DNA of 64,000 bases, taken from the NCBI GenBank assembly GCA_026025075.1, contig JAPEUI010000080.1:1-64000 (forward strand), given 5' to 3'. Origin of the DNA: Vezdaea acicularis. Its lineage: Eukaryota. Under the pieces are notes generated by a model. That model was not told the origin of the DNA. It saw only the letters and a list, made by a program, of their open reading frames with translations, and made no database searches. Of this stretch, positions 49,285 through 63,383 are shown one piece after another. Made by a program: the position numbers and the translations under genes. Numbering within the stretch: the first letter of the stretch is position 1; the number at the start of each line of letters is the position of its first letter.

Positions 49285-50026
49285 CTACGCGTCCTTCTCA
49301 AATATGAAAGCCTCCAACTCCTGATAGGCATCATCCAGATCCTTATTCACCACGACGCGATCATGCACTCCATCCACTTCCGAGAACTCAATCTCCTTCT
49401 TCGCCTGCTCTAGCCGCTTATTCACGCTCTCATCCGTCTCCGTGCCCCTCCCCCTCAGCCGGCGTTCCAGCTCCTCCACCGACGGCGGCGCAAGGAACAG
49501 GAACCGCGCGTTCAGATTCGTCTTCTTGACTGACTTGACGCCCTGTCATATGGTGGTGGCCATCGGTTAGTCAACAAAGCTTGCCTTACGTGATAGCATC
49601 CCCCTTGCATCTTCCCTTCGGGCCCGGGAGATCACGAACCTCCATATCAATGTCCAATATGCAAATGAGACCCTTCTCCGCCACGTCCTGGACGGCCTTG
49701 ACGCTGGTGCCGTAGTAATTCCCAGCGAACTGCGCGTGCTCGATGAAGCCGCCGTTGTCGACGAGCGCAAGGAAGGTCTCCTTGGTGACGAAGTTGTAGC
49801 TCACGCCGTCCGCTTCGCCGGGGCGAGGAGAGCGCGTTGTGTGTGACACGGAGAAGCCAAAGGTGTTCGGGTGCGCTTCGAAGAGCCGCTTGAGGAGCGT
49901 GCTTTTGCCGGTGCCGCTAGGTCCGGAGATCACGATGGGGCGGGGGGTCGATGCTGGGGCGCGGAGGGGAGGTCAGTTAGGTGGGGATGAAATGGGGAAG
50001 GGCGAGGGCGACGTACTGGGGGCCAT
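49285..50026 (-). CDS. GUK1: Guanylate kinase
   Basis: [32 protein letters not shown] and LDIDMEGV; two introns; an optional in-frame upstream ATG at 50131. Confidence 0.96.
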
Positions 50027-50480
50027 TGTGCTTGCCTCAAGTGGTTTGATGAACCGTCTTGTGTTAGAAAGACGGCTGTTTCTTAGAGGACGGATGGATA
50101 CGCTGCGCCAGGAGGTTAGGCGTAGCAGCATCCGTGTATGTCGTGGAGGTATGATGGGCGTTTTCCCGAGCGAGTACTTCTGGGCTGATTGCTCAGCAGA
50201 AATGCCCAACGATAGATTGACATACGAACAACACTTCATTTTCTCCAGAGCTTTGGACCTTCACTGCTCTGAAACAAGAACTTGACCCATTGCTCGAAAG
50301 TCTGTTAAGATTTGCGATTGAAGTGATATTATGCTATGCTGGTATAATTCATGAATCCCCCGAAAAACTGCCAATCCCCAACCCATAGCCCCGCGATGCC
50401 TCCCCAGAACGCCTGGTTTGGCAAGTCGAAAAAGTACAATGCACGCTCTATACCGTTTGTTTCATATCAGAATACCTCTA

Positions 50481-52488
50481 TCATGGTAGTTTAGGCCCAC
50501 TCGGCCCACTCGAGACGCTGGGCGATCTAGAAGACTTCGAGCCCTCCTGCGCTTCCTGCTCAAGGAAATTTGACCATAATTCCGCCAAAGACTCTTTACT
50601 TTGATTTGCGTCAGGAGATAACAGCTCTTTCGTAAGTGCAGGTGAACTTGGTGTTCGTAAGAATGGTGTGAGAGGGGCTCGCAAGGTGCCACCACCACCA
50701 CCCGGTCGGGCCAGGCCTGCCTGCTCCCGCTGTTCTTTCAAAATGTCAGCGCTATGGATGAGAAACAGAGAGTTCAGTACAAACCATCATTCCAGTCAAG
50801 TACGGCCGCTATGATCTTCAGGATTTCAAACTTCTTAGGATCTGCACGGTCTAAGGCTAAGAAATGGAGGAAGTAATTCGTTACGATTTGCCTGACTTCA
50901 AATCAGCAGGAGTTATTTGACCTAGATTTGTTTATACTGACCGATCTACGTTATCTTCTGGTTTGCCCTTTTTGAGAGCACGTAAAGCTTTAGTCAGATG
51001 GTCGTTGAGAATGACGGCCTCATGCCGAAGTTTGCCAATTAGGAGATTCTTCTCCTTGACTTCCTTCTCAAAAGGCAGGGCTCGCTCTAGCTCTCTTTGA
51101 GCGGACTCTAATTTGGTTTTCGACTCGCTAGCCTTCTGCTCAGAATCCCGAAGCTCTTTTTGTAAAGCTTCAACCTGGCTTTGGTTGGCCTCAACGAGCT
51201 CTCGAAGCTCTAGCTTTCGAGCTGGTGGAAATATGATTTAGTAGGCGGTTCTGATGTTGAAGTACTGGACTTACCTTCTTGAATCTCCTGTAGAGCCCTT
51301 TGGAGTCCATCGACGGTCATTGATTGAGCATCACGTTCTGAGGCTGCTGATTCGTATGCCTCTTTCTGTGCTGAGAGCTGCTCTTCTAGGTCTGTGACTC
51401 GGTCGCCTAAAGTCTCTCTCACAGATCTTTCTTCCATAGCGAGTACTTCCCAGTCCAGCATTGCCTGCCGAGCTGCCTCGAACTCTTCACGCATGTTTGC
51501 TTCTTTTGAAATCAGATCATCTCGTTCCTGGGTCCAATTCTGTTGCGACAGGTTCATTCGATTCCTTAAGCTGGACAATTCTTTGGACCTCTGCTCTTCC
51601 TCCTCGATTTTCTTTCCCACTTCCCTTTGTAAGGATTCATTCAGACCCTTCAGGTTTTGAGTTTGCCCTTCTAGCTCCTCTATCTGGCCTTTCGCTTGAG
51701 AGAGTTCTTCCTAAAGATATATTAGGCACCAATTAGGCTTGCTAGAATAAAAGCTTACAGCATCAGCACGTAGCCGCTCCTCTAACTGCGCTTTGATAGT
51801 TCCTACTCTCCCTAACAGATTGCGATACTGTGTCTCAGCGTGCTCTCTCTTGCTCTTTGTTTCCTCAAGCTGCCCCCGGAGGGCAGAAAGCTCCCTCTCA
51901 TGCTTGCTCTGTACTTCCGTCATCGTCGCCCGTAATGACTCAGCTTCTGCATTATTTATGTCTGTAATCTCTTGGACTGGTGTTGGTGAGATATCCGCAT
52001 CTGCGGCCGAAGATGCCTCCCTAAACCCGCTCCCATTGGCCGTTACTTTAGAGCCGTCTTCGTGAATCTCACTGTGCCCAGCTCGCCGTGCCAGAGCTGC
52101 ATCTAAACCGTTCAGGTCTATCGAAGGTTTCTGAACTGGTTTTGTAGAGCTACCATCGGTAGTCTATGAAAAGTGTAAGCAAACTAGATGCCTAGGCTCG
52201 AATTGATGCCACTATACCACGGGGTGCTCAGGCTCATCGAGCTCTCCACCATCAGCTTCTGCCTCCAGCGTATCTTTGCCTGCATCTGATTTAGGGTCGT
52301 CGCCATTGACTTTTGATTTTCCTGCCTGCTTTTTCTTCTTGTTGCTCTTTTTGCCTTTGGGTGCTGCTGGATCTTAGCGCTCAGGACAAAAGCCGATATC
52401 TCACGAAGCTATCATTTCGGAGAAGCGATTGTGACAACGTACCCTGGTTGGAAGGCTGAGGAGTATTCAAGCTTGCAACGGCGGACAT
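50481..52488 (-). CDS. RUD3: Golgin Rud3 (coiled coil plus GRAB domain)
   Basis: Long heptad region, KEKNLLIGKLRHEAVILNDHLTKAL, VDRQIVTNYFLHF...KKFEIL and LAELWSNFL. Confidence 0.88.
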
Positions 52489-52939
52489 GTTTCCTTAGTT
52501 TCACGGCAAGATGATCGTATATCTCAGTTTTGAAAGCGGAGCTCATGGTGGTCCGCCAAAGTACCAATATCCCGCTAAAAATGCCATCTCAAAGTATACC
52601 CTGCCGCGTCACTTCCGGACATGCAAACTTGACGCAACAACGCGGCTTGTAAATGAGATAATTCAAGCTTCCGGCTACAGTCACAGATCTTTGCAGAACG
52701 GAATTTCAGTAGGATTAATGTATGGACATTTCGCTCAATATTACGAGATTATGTACTAGGATAGGCAGAAGGTTGGCAACATTCGAACCGCTAGATAGGC
52801 TGCTCCGCAATGGGCCGCTCGTGCAATTACAGCGCTAGGAAACCCTCAAACCTATATACAACCGAGCGTGTTCCCACTGTCAATCCTCTAGGGTTCAAAG
52901 CATATACAAAATTAGACTATAAATAAGGAAAGGGGACCC

Positions 52940-55900
52940 TCAGCTATGAGGCGGATCGATAGGTGACTCCACTGCCTCCACGAATTCAGGCTCAGGTGAC
53001 ACTGTATTGCCCTCAGTCGAGATCGGAGGCGGTAGTTCGAGAGAAACGCTCGGAGCTTCCGAATCGTTTGGTACTATGCCGTTCATCCTTTCCCACACTT
53101 CCTTCCGAATCCTATCATCTTTTGCCTTGCGCAGCCGCTCGGCTTCTTCAGCCCCACCAGTCTTCTTTAACCTCCCTTGTTCTACAAAGCTACCAAGCTC
53201 TTGTTTGAACTCTCCGCCAGATCGCGATTCAAGCTCCCGCTGCCGGGCCTTTTCTGCTCGCTCGATGGCTTCAAGGCGATTCTCGTGGTTGGGACGAAGT
53301 GCTCTGACTTCTCCAAGGACGCCTTCTTTGGTTGCGTGCGGATCAGCAGTTGGATCGACTGCGACCACAGGATTGAGGCCCCGCGAAGCAGTTCTTTTAT
53401 TTTCCGGCTGTCCGTCTTTCATTTGCTCTTTCGTAGCGGCTTCTACAAGGGCGAAGGTAGCAGCAGCTTTGCCCAGGTCATCCGCCAAGTCGGCTTGGAG
53501 CTCTTCCTGCATCGATAAGAAATCTCGCTGGTTGCAGACGGCGGTGAGCTCCTCTTCCCAGATCTTTGTCCACCTTGGTTTGACGCCTCTGAGAAGTTCT
53601 TGCAGCTTCCGAAGTTCGGAGTTAGCGTTCGCGATATCTCTGCCGACGGTTTCAAGTTGGCGTGGTAGCGGTCTGACACCCCTGACCACCACATCCCGAC
53701 GTAGATCTTCTACGATATCCTGAAGTGTGTCCACTTGGTCGACCATCTTCTCAGATTCATCCCCGAGGCTTGCCTGGCCTTTGACGACAAAGTCGTTCCC
53801 AGCAACACCCTCCAACCTTGGCTCGCTAGCTTTGGCCGCGACAACTTTAACCGACCCAGCTTTCTTTTTGATGGTGGACATCGATGTCTCGATGTCTGCA
53901 ACAAAAGAAGCATACGTTTGCCGTACCACCGCAAGGTCTCGACGGAGATTTTGGACTTCGCTGAGCTGATCTGTGCTCCCTACCAAGGGGACAGGCGCCT
54001 GACCCCCTTTCGTCAGCGACTCGCTTAGTTGTGAGATACGAGCTGATACGCCTGCAGACGATGGGGTTGCGGCGATTTTAGCCATATCTTTTGCAGCATC
54101 CCTTTGCCGATCTGATACCTGTTGGAGAGCGCTTTGCTGACTGTCGACCACCGATCGTACGCCTTCTACCATTCGTCGGATACCGCCCAAGCCTTCATCA
54201 ATGTGTCGCTTAACTTCATCTAAGACTTCAACGTTCAGGACTAGGACTGATCTGTCCTTGATGTCGTTTAGATCTTCCAGTTCATGCCTGACCCCAGACA
54301 CTGAATCTTGTATATAGATCTCAGGTAGATTGGTGCCGTTATTGTAGGTGTTCCATGCGAATTTCTCAATGAAGGCTAATTGAAGGCGGGCGATGGACAG
54401 ATCGTTAGACCCATCGGGCAGAACGAATTTCTTGATTTTGCTCTTATACTGAAGAAACAGCGTGAGTTCTTTGCCTGGCTGTGGTGTGTCTTCTGGAATA
54501 AAGGGCTGAGATTGCGATTGAGAAGAAGACCCGTCATGGTCTAATTTTTCGGTGGAGGTAGATCCTAGGGTAGTCGGTGGTGTTTTCCAAGCAGGTGGAT
54601 CATCTGGTTGATCTCCTTGGAAGACCGGAAAGCTCTCCGGGGATGGGCCTTTCAAAGTTGCACTGACCATAAGCGTTTCACCTGAATCAGCATCCTGTCC
54701 TCTCACTAGTCCCAAATTATCTTCCGCGCTCCTTGAGTTGGTGTGATTAGCCCCTTGGCTTACACTAGCTTTGGTCGTAGATGCTGGCTTTGCGCCGTAG
54801 ATTTGATCACTAAAGGCTTGGTTCACTTGCTTCTCACCTGCGCGAGGCGTCTCATCTCCGGAAAGACTATTGATTGAGCGTTGCTTCGCGTGAATGATGG
54901 ATCCTCTTGTGCGGACAGCGTTCATCGACTCGCGTACATCGCGGCCACGATTTGGGATTGGCGAGTGTTGGGCTGGCGGTAGCATTGGCATGCCATTGGG
55001 CGAAGCACCTAGGTGCTTCGATATGTGATACGTCGAAAGTCGACGTGACGCCCGCCTTTCCAAGTCACCGCCCCTCTGTAACGCTGCGAAGGCATCTTGT
55101 TGCTTCGGCGGTGGTGGCGGTGGCGGTGGGAAAGCCGCAACAGGGTCAGAGAGATCAGGTCGGTGTATATCGTCGTGGGGATAAGAGGGCAGCTCGGGGA
55201 GTGCTGAATGATCGGAAGCTGTGTTTGGGGTCTTCTGATTTTGCAACGGCGTTTGTGACACATCCCGACTCTGGGGAAGCGTCCGTGGTTTGCCATTTGC
55301 TGTTGTCATGCTATCATGGCGCAAGGATGAATCCCTTATACCCGCAGCTGACGATGTTCGAGGTGGAAGGTTTTGATCGTCCAACATATTACGTTCCCTG
55401 CTCCCACTTCGACTGATAGCTTGTGTGGCTTGACCTGGGTGTTGTGCATCGTTGAGCATATCCGTAAGACCCGTCTCGCCACTTCCCACGCTTCCCACAC
55501 TGCCATTTCTCGTCGCTGGCAGACCGCTTGGAGAGTTTCCTTCTCGTGCCTGTCTCTGCCTCAACCTTTGTTGCTTCTTTTTCAGACCGTGGAGGAGATT
55601 GATGATGATGTCTCGAATTCGAGGGAGATATCGATCCAGACTCGCCGAGCTCGCCTCTTGACTGAGGGTATCCTCCAAGATGGTCCGTAAAAGGTCCGGA
55701 ACGTTGCCCAGATCGGTCACATCGACCCCGATCGCCGTGAAGGCGCGACATGCGATATTGAACTCGTAGCCCAGCCGCACATATACGTCCGAGACCTCGG
55801 CCTCTGTCGCTTGCTGCCTCGACCATTGCGTCAAGGTCTCGAGCAGCTGCTTAGTTGCCACGAGGAGGTGGGTGACGCTCTTCTCGATCTGCGAAAGTTG

Positions 55901-56166
55901 CTGCCCGGACTGCATGTTCTTCCGTCAGTCGTCGACCACGGATGTCGAGGCTCACGGCCTCGAGATATTGGGTGAGAGGGAGTGGAGCGTCAGTGCATAC
56001 GTACATTTTGACGGCGCGCGTTTTGAGACCTGGTCGAGCTCGAAGAATTTCGTGGATTCGCGCTGCCACCCACGGGCATCTGCGGAGGATTTGGCGGCGG
56101 TCCCATCTCTGACGGCGCCGGGGACCGCCTCTGCACGGAGCGCTGTGAAGTTTGCGGGGCTTGCAT
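52940..56166 (-). CDS. BUD6: Actin-interacting polarisome protein Bud6/Aip3
   Basis: IEKSVTHLLVATKQLLETLTQW, LFLQYKSKIKK, LQDIVEDLRRDV...RP and WTKIWEEEL; the first exon starts at ATG 56166. Confidence 0.93.
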
Positions 56167-58027
56167 CTAGATGGATATGGTTCGGCTTGCGAGCAGTCCG
56201 TGAAAGCGCACGGCGGTGAGAAGGCTGGGACAGCGCCGAGCAGAGTTTCGTCGGCACGGTGAGGATCGCAACGGGGGAGTTAAGGGTCGCGATGATGAGG
56301 CGTCTCCCTACGACCGGTCCCGAAAAGGTCAGATGGTAGGCGAGAGCACCCGTGTTAGAGAGGCAGACAGCTCAAAGCACAAGCGCCATCCAACAAGTTC
56401 GGCCAACTGTTGAAGGGCTTCTACTGCTCCCTCATTGTTACTAGAACTGAGCTCGCACCCTTGCATGCGCCTATGTCGAAGAGTGCTCTTTTGTTTTGTC
56501 ACGTTTCGAATGAATGGCGACTGTAGGGGGTACGAGGGGGCCACCTGTGCTCCTGGCTCGATCCGGTTAGCAGGCTACGGTGGCCGGCAGAAACCATCAT
56601 GACAATTTGCAAAAAGGATTTTTGCGGGGGAGCGAATTGGCGACGCTCTGACGGAAAAAGAGAGAGAATTCGGCACATCCTCAAGTCAACGGCTCTGGGC
56701 TGTGCGACACGACTGGTTCTTTGCCTTTGCACGGTCCCTGCGAGTAACACGCCGTGCATCTCCACGCGCCTTGCCCAGCGAAATGGACGTGGGCCGAGAA
56801 GCCGTCATCAAAGATCTCCACACGCCACACTGTCACGTCGTGCGCTGCGGGGGGGGGGCTCGGAGACGACCCTCTGTCTGCAGAAGCTGCATCGACAACG
56901 TTGGGGATGAGGAGGCGGAGATCACCTTAGGCCAGACCCGAAGCAGCATTCGCGGAGGAGAGGGTAACGGGGGCAATTGGGTCTATCACGATCTATTCCA
57001 CTATGCCGTGCAGAGAGCCCTCCTCATGAAGGCGTCGAGAAGTCGAGAAGTCCGATGTGGTGATGGCCCATCAGCCTCTATTAGCCGCACGGATTGCTTG
57101 CACCGAGGCGTGCCTGCCGGGCCGTGACTCTGCAGCCTCCGTCCACTACGCCATCGAGCTCTCCATCGAGAGGAACCAAGAGGAACCGACGGCGTGCCCA
57201 CCGTATACGTCGGAATCGTCATCAATCATGAACCCTCGTGAATGCCCTCTTCTGCCTCCCACCGTTCGTTGCGGCTCCACCTCGAACGGCGGACCGCTGC
57301 GCTCGCCCCAGCCTCGCGATTTGGCCTGTGATTCGTTGGGGGGGCTTTAGGCTTCCGCGTCGTCGGGCAGGGTCTCTAGAGCAGCGAGCCACTAGGGCTC
57401 TACGGTCGACGCGGCGGACCCGATTTGCTTGCTGCTTCCTGCTGTTGCTGCTGCTCCTGCCCCAAACGCCGCTGCTGCTGCTACTGCGCACCGAGCCCGC
57501 CGCCCGCACCGCACCCTCCACCCTCCACCCTCCTCCCACCGCCCACCCACTCACGTCCCAGCCGAGACGCCGACGGGCGGTCCGCCTGCGCTTGCTAGAG
57601 CCCTTTCGACTTCCTCGCCTTTCTAAACGCAGACACGCAGCTTTCGACTTTCTCGGGGCAGCGCCGCACTCCATCACACCTCACACCTCACGACATCTCT
57701 CTCTCTCCCTCTTTTCTCTCTCCGTCTCTCCCCTCATCCTCGCCATCGAGACTGCCGCCTCCCCGTCATTCACCCCCGCTCCGCTGCTTTCTCTTCTCCC
57801 TCGTCTTCTCCTACTCCTCGTTGTCCCCTTCTCTCTTCCCGACTGACCGAGCAGACTGCTCGCTGCGTCTGCTTGACCTTTGCCTTGGTCCAGTGCCTCC
57901 ACGGCGTGCGCGTGGCATGAGCGCGAAAGTGCAACCGCCTCTGAACGAGCCCACTGCACCATCGCTTGGCTCCAGAGAAAATCCCTGAGGCCCTCAGTCC
58001 TCTCGACCTGCTCGGCCGCTGTCCAGC

Positions 58028-61000
58028 ATGGCGACTCACTCGAGCTCCGTGGCGATGAATGGTGCTGCAACAAACGGCGAAACTGCTCCGGCTGCTGCTG
58101 CGGCCTCGACCAATCGACCACCCTCCAAAGCGGCTGCTCCAGCGAAATCCGCCGACAACAATCGCAAGTCTACTTCAAGCCCCGTCGATGGCTCTCAAAA
58201 GTGAGTGTGATTGTTAAATTTTTTTTCTTGTTTCTTTCCCCCATTCGGAGGATTGGAGAGGAAAAGCCCTTGCTCCGTTGCTTGTCTCCTCTCGCTCTCT
58301 TTTGCTTGACCTCGACCGGATCATTCACAGCTCACCCATTGGACACGCAATACGCTCATCGAGCAAAGTCGACTGCATCAAATAAGACTACGAAACCATC
58401 AGCCATCTTTATGTCTTCAACACAGTCTCTACCTCTTCTACAACATTAGCTTTCTACACTTTCTTCGGAAGATTTTGAACTTATCAGCCTTACACTCTGA
58501 AATTTTCAAATCCAAGGCCAATTGCATCTGCCTCTACATAATTTGTACCTTTCATCAACATACAAACACAACTGTGCGATTTTGCCGAACACATGCCCAG
58601 TCAACGCACAACCTGTTAACCGCGCCTTCATGTTGCTGTCGGCATATAAAAGCTCGTTTCCTTTTTAAAAAATAGCATTTACTTCTCTTACAATCGTTCT
58701 TCACTTGACAAAAGCTAACCAGATATCTCAATGGCTCGTAGAAGAGTCTCAACCCCAAAAGCTTGGGCCTCAGGCAACAACCCTATCACGAAGTCTGCTA
58801 TACCACAGCAGAACGGCTCGGTAGCTCATTCGAACCTGCCAGCTGCCTTCAATACTGCGGCTCTCTCGAGAGATAACAGAGCACATGATAAGCAACCCAA
58901 TAACAATATGACTTCCTTACTTGGTAACATAGTGGTATGTCTACACCATTGGACAATCGCGTCAATGCCTGCTTCATGAGAATCTTACTAATGCGATGAA
59001 CATTCAGGGACGTTCTGTATCGCTGGTGATCTTGAACGGCGACAAGTTCGAGGGCATCTTTGCTGGAGTTTCAGCTGAGCCTGGCGAGCCAGCTTATCTG
59101 TTGCAGATGGCCAAGAAACTTCGAAGCGGTGATCGGATGAATGGCGCATCAGAGCAAGGATACGACCATGTGGGAGAGGGTGAAAACCGTTCAATGACAT
59201 TCACTGCTAAAGAGGTCGTAGACTTGGGCGTAAAGGGAGTGTCATTTGACACTGATATGGTATCGCGAGGTCAAAATGGTACGACAGAATCCCCAGTGGA
59301 TTATCCCGAGCTTGTGCTGACTGTTCCGAAGGGCCTTCTTCCTCATTCCGTACCGATACTGACATATCTGGAAACCGAGTGCTCAAGGAAAAGAGTCTCC
59401 AGCGATGGGACACACCCTCTGACGCAAATATCGATCTTTCTCTCGACTCTGCAGCATCGTCTGGCAAACCTTGGGACCAATTCGAAGCCAATGAGAGGCT
59501 ATATGGCGTACGAAGCGATTACGACGAAAACATATATACCACTGCTATTAATCGTAATACTCCTCAATATAGGCAGCGTGAAGCCGCTGCTGAAAGACTA
59601 GCCCGAGAGATTGAGGGTGGAAGTACGATGAATCCACATGTTCGCGAAGAACGGGGTGTCACTCAGGTTGATGATAGTGGCTTAGACGAGGAAGAAAAGT
59701 TGGTGTCATCTAGTCGATCGTACTTGTCTAAGGGATGCTGACGATTGGAATAGATATAGTGGAGTGCAGAGAGGTCCGTCAGACTTCCCTCCGTTACAGT
59801 CCGGCCAAACGAGCAAATACACACCGCCTGCTCGACGGCCACCGACTGGTCAAGCTACCGTTCGAGGCGCACCGGTCGATCCTGCTATCATCTCATCCCA
59901 GATAGCTCGAGAACCTGCAGCCGGTAAGAAGAACATCATCGAGAAGGTTCTTTCCCCTTCCCAAAGCGCACAATCATCTGCTCCGAAGAAGGAGATAAAG
60001 ACTGCAGAGACAGTCGCTCACAAGTCTGCTGAGACCTCTGTTTCAGACGCCCCCACAAAGCCCATCGCGTCGACCAGGCAGCCTACCGAACGTGAACAAC
60101 ATATCTCTGTGCCTGCCACTCCGCCACAGCCAACCGTCTCTTCTTCACCACAGGCAAACACGGTTCCTCCTGATAGTCATACTGCTAATGTCGAGCGCGA
60201 GGTTGTCAGTGCATTCAAAGAGTTTTCAAATACCGAGAGATTACGAGCTCAAGAATACCGACGCAAGCAGATCAAAGCTGACAAGGATGTCAAGCTCAAC
60301 GATCTGTTGAGGTTTTCCCAGAACTTCAAACTAAACACTCCAATTCCGAAGGACCTTGTCTCTATCTTGGCAAAAGATAAGGTAAAACAGGAAGAAATCG
60401 TCGAGAAAGCCAACCGTGCAGCGCAAACGGTCCCAGCAAACAACTCCGGGAAGAAATCCGCACCTGTGCCTTCTCTCGTACCTTCCGTACGGCCAATGCG
60501 CACAGGCGCTTCTACCCGACCCGAGAATGGTGCTCCCAACCAGGATCAAAAGGACCTTCGACGAGGTGGGCGCAACCAATACCCGCAGGACCGGTACAAT
60601 GCAATGCCTCCAAGGACAGACCGACCTGGCCAGTCTCAAACCTTACAAGCCATCCCACTACGATCTGGGCCTGGTCCCAGCCATCGGCTTGCAGGCACTA
60701 TGGCGACTCAAGCGAAAGCTCCTGTTCCATCCCCAATCTCAGTCCAGAGTGGACGTCTCCCATCTAATGGTCCGCCGAACGTTCCCGATGCCCCAGGATC
60801 CCGAGGACATAGCGGCGCCCCAACACCAACTTCCGCTGTGTCATCAAGATTCAATGTCAAGGCGGTTGAATTCAAACCCAACCCTAACGCTCATTCTTTC
60901 ACCCCAACCAATGATCCAAGCGTTACCTCAAGCCCGCAATCTAATCTGAACACCAGGTTGGCGTCTGGTGTGACGACACCTTCCGGCTTTTGGGGCAGTA

Positions 61001-62193
61001 GACGACCTTTACCAGCTGCGGACAGACCATCCAGTACGGAGTTTTTCAACCCCATCAAACGCCTTCGGAGAGAAGCGATAGCTGCCAAAGAAGAATGGGC
61101 CGAGAACCTAGGGATTCCATGGGCCCACAGGTGTTCTCCTCGCTGGGAAAACGTCAAAGGAGAAAATGCCGAGAAGACCTACAAGGATATGTTTGAGCAA
61201 CTTGAGCATAGCCGTTTTGCTTCTGCGGCAATGTCACCCACTGCCTCTCAAGGCAGTGTTCCCCCAGCACATCCACATGGACTTCCATTCCATCAACAAG
61301 GTCTTCAGGTTCATCCGCAATCTCAAACGCCTCATCCTGTGCCCCATCATCTGCAACCGGGTACCCCACACCATGGTGGTCATCCTTCTCATTTCGACGA
61401 TCATCGAATGCAGTATTCTGCCTCTACATCATCTGTCTATCAATCTCCAAGGCTTCATCAAGCAAACGTGTCATATCCGTCTCCGATGGGCCAAAATGCT
61501 CAGCTGGTCTATGGCGCGCAAATGCAGCCCCAGTTCTCGCTAGGACCAGGTGGGCAGCAGATGAACCAGTTCAGACAGTTCCCAGTCAATCCTCAATTCA
61601 TTCCCCAACAAATGGGACAGCCAGGCGCTCCAATGATGGCTCATGGTCCTTCGAATGGTCCTTTCATGGGTCTGCCGCAACAGATGGCACCTCCATTCAA
61701 CCAGCAGATGGCCGTATATGGTTCCCCCGGTCAGATGCATGCGTATCCGCAACATGGACCACCTCCACCAGGATCTGGCGGTTACCCAAGTCCCGGACGA
61801 GGGGCACCTATGATGTTACAGCAAGGGTCTCAACAGGGCCATCAACAACCGCCTATGATGATGTATAACATCAGCCCGGGGCAGCCCGGAGCTCAGATGT
61901 TCATACCGCAACAAGCTCATGGTAAGTTCGAAAGCAACCCATCAAAAGCTTTTCCGAGTGGCTTACTTACTTTATCTGTAGGGCCTGCTATGCGCGGAAA
62001 CTACCATCCTCATCAGCCTCAGTATAACAATCATCATCATCAAAACCATCATTACTCACAACATCGAGGTGCACCCAGTGGCAATTATAGCCAGCCAGGA
62101 GCTCATCACTCGTCTCACCACAACGGTGCGTCAGGCAACCCCCCATCGGGTCCTCAGTCACGCGGTCCAGAGGGCGAAGTTGAGAATAAATAA
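58028..62193 (+). CDS. PBP1: Poly(A)-binding-protein-binding protein 1 (ataxin-2 orthologue)
   Basis: Lsm domain, FRTDTDIS, LsmAD WDQFEANERLYGVRSDYDENIYTT, PAM2-like FNVKAVEFKP and a Q/P/H-rich tail; first intron 58201-58741. Confidence 0.92.
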
Positions 62194-62291
62194 AGCGAAT
62201 AACAAGACTACACCCAATCTTAATTGATTGCGGTGGCCTGTTCTATTGATTGGTACTCAGGATCAAATATTCGGTCTTCCAGCCATCACCG

Positions 62292-62294
<3 letters not shown>

Positions 62295-62335
<41 letters not shown>
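62295..62335. repeat. (CT)~20 microsatellite in the PBP1 3' region
   Basis: An uninterrupted tc run read directly. Confidence 0.95.
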
Positions 62336-62341
<6 letters not shown>

Positions 62342-63383
62342 GCATCAAGCATAGCTACTGCTTTGCATTCATGGGTCTGAAATATTTGCAATCATGCATC
62401 TCTTAGCGGGCGGTGTTCTGGCTGGAATATCATTTACAAGATCCTCCTTTAAATGGAGGTGAGCACCGCTAACGCTAGCCTCGCATGCTGATCGTGCTCA
62501 CTTTGGCTTGTTCTGAAGTCTACACAGCATAGCTTATGAGTTTATACTCAAATACTCGCAATTACCTCGATCCACGAAAAAAATGGCTCTCACATTGGCA
62601 CGGAAGCCATTGATAGTCTACCATAAGACGAGATGAAGCGAGGAAGAATTTGTAGAAGTGTTAGGATGGATGGTGCGAGAGGCCCCGTTCCTTGGTCATT
62701 GCTTAAGTCTTCAACTCCACGTTGACTGAGTACGGAAGGGTTGGATGCTGTCACACCTCGAACCTCCAGCTATTGTAGCTCTCAGTCCTTACGCCTTGCA
62801 TCTTGCATGTGCAAGCGATGTTCTGACAGGCACGGTCAATATGGCATCTGCGAGTAATTTTCCCTAGCTGGATGGTGGGGTGGATGGGGGAGGCTGAGTC
62901 AACCGGACCTGATATGAGTGTCTTGGGCAGCCGTGAGCACGACTGAGGGTAGACAGAATTCGAAGATGCCGAGACCTATACGTGAGCTTGATTGTGAAAT
63001 TGACTCATGTGACGTTGGCACCACTGGTGACTTGATATGAGATGCTGAACCAGCCAGGAGATTTCCATCTGCTCGTAACTAAAAGGAGTGTTTTGAGCCC
63101 TCTCTGGCATAGATCCCAAAATACAGCATGCCATATCAAAGGCGGGGAATTAAAGACGATACGACAATGACTGCAGCTATACGGCATGCCAATCGCAACC
63201 CAGAAACGGCAGCAGGCTAAACCTTAAAATTAAGCGAGACATTAGCGTCAAATCCAGCTACCCGCGTGCCGCACCTGCCCCACTACGAACGAATCAAACC
63301 GAGCGCACGCACACAATCCCCACGCCTCCCTTCCCCCCCTCTCTCCTTCCACAAACGACACCCACCTTTCCTAGTCTCATCCA

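Noticed and set aside
56200..57900. Overlapping ORFs and a CTG-rich tract upstream of the ataxin-2 orthologue
   Set aside because: Divergent promoter/5'UTR. The tract is interrupted, non-coding and cut off from the PBP1 frame by a stop, so the resemblance to SCA2 repeats is superficial.
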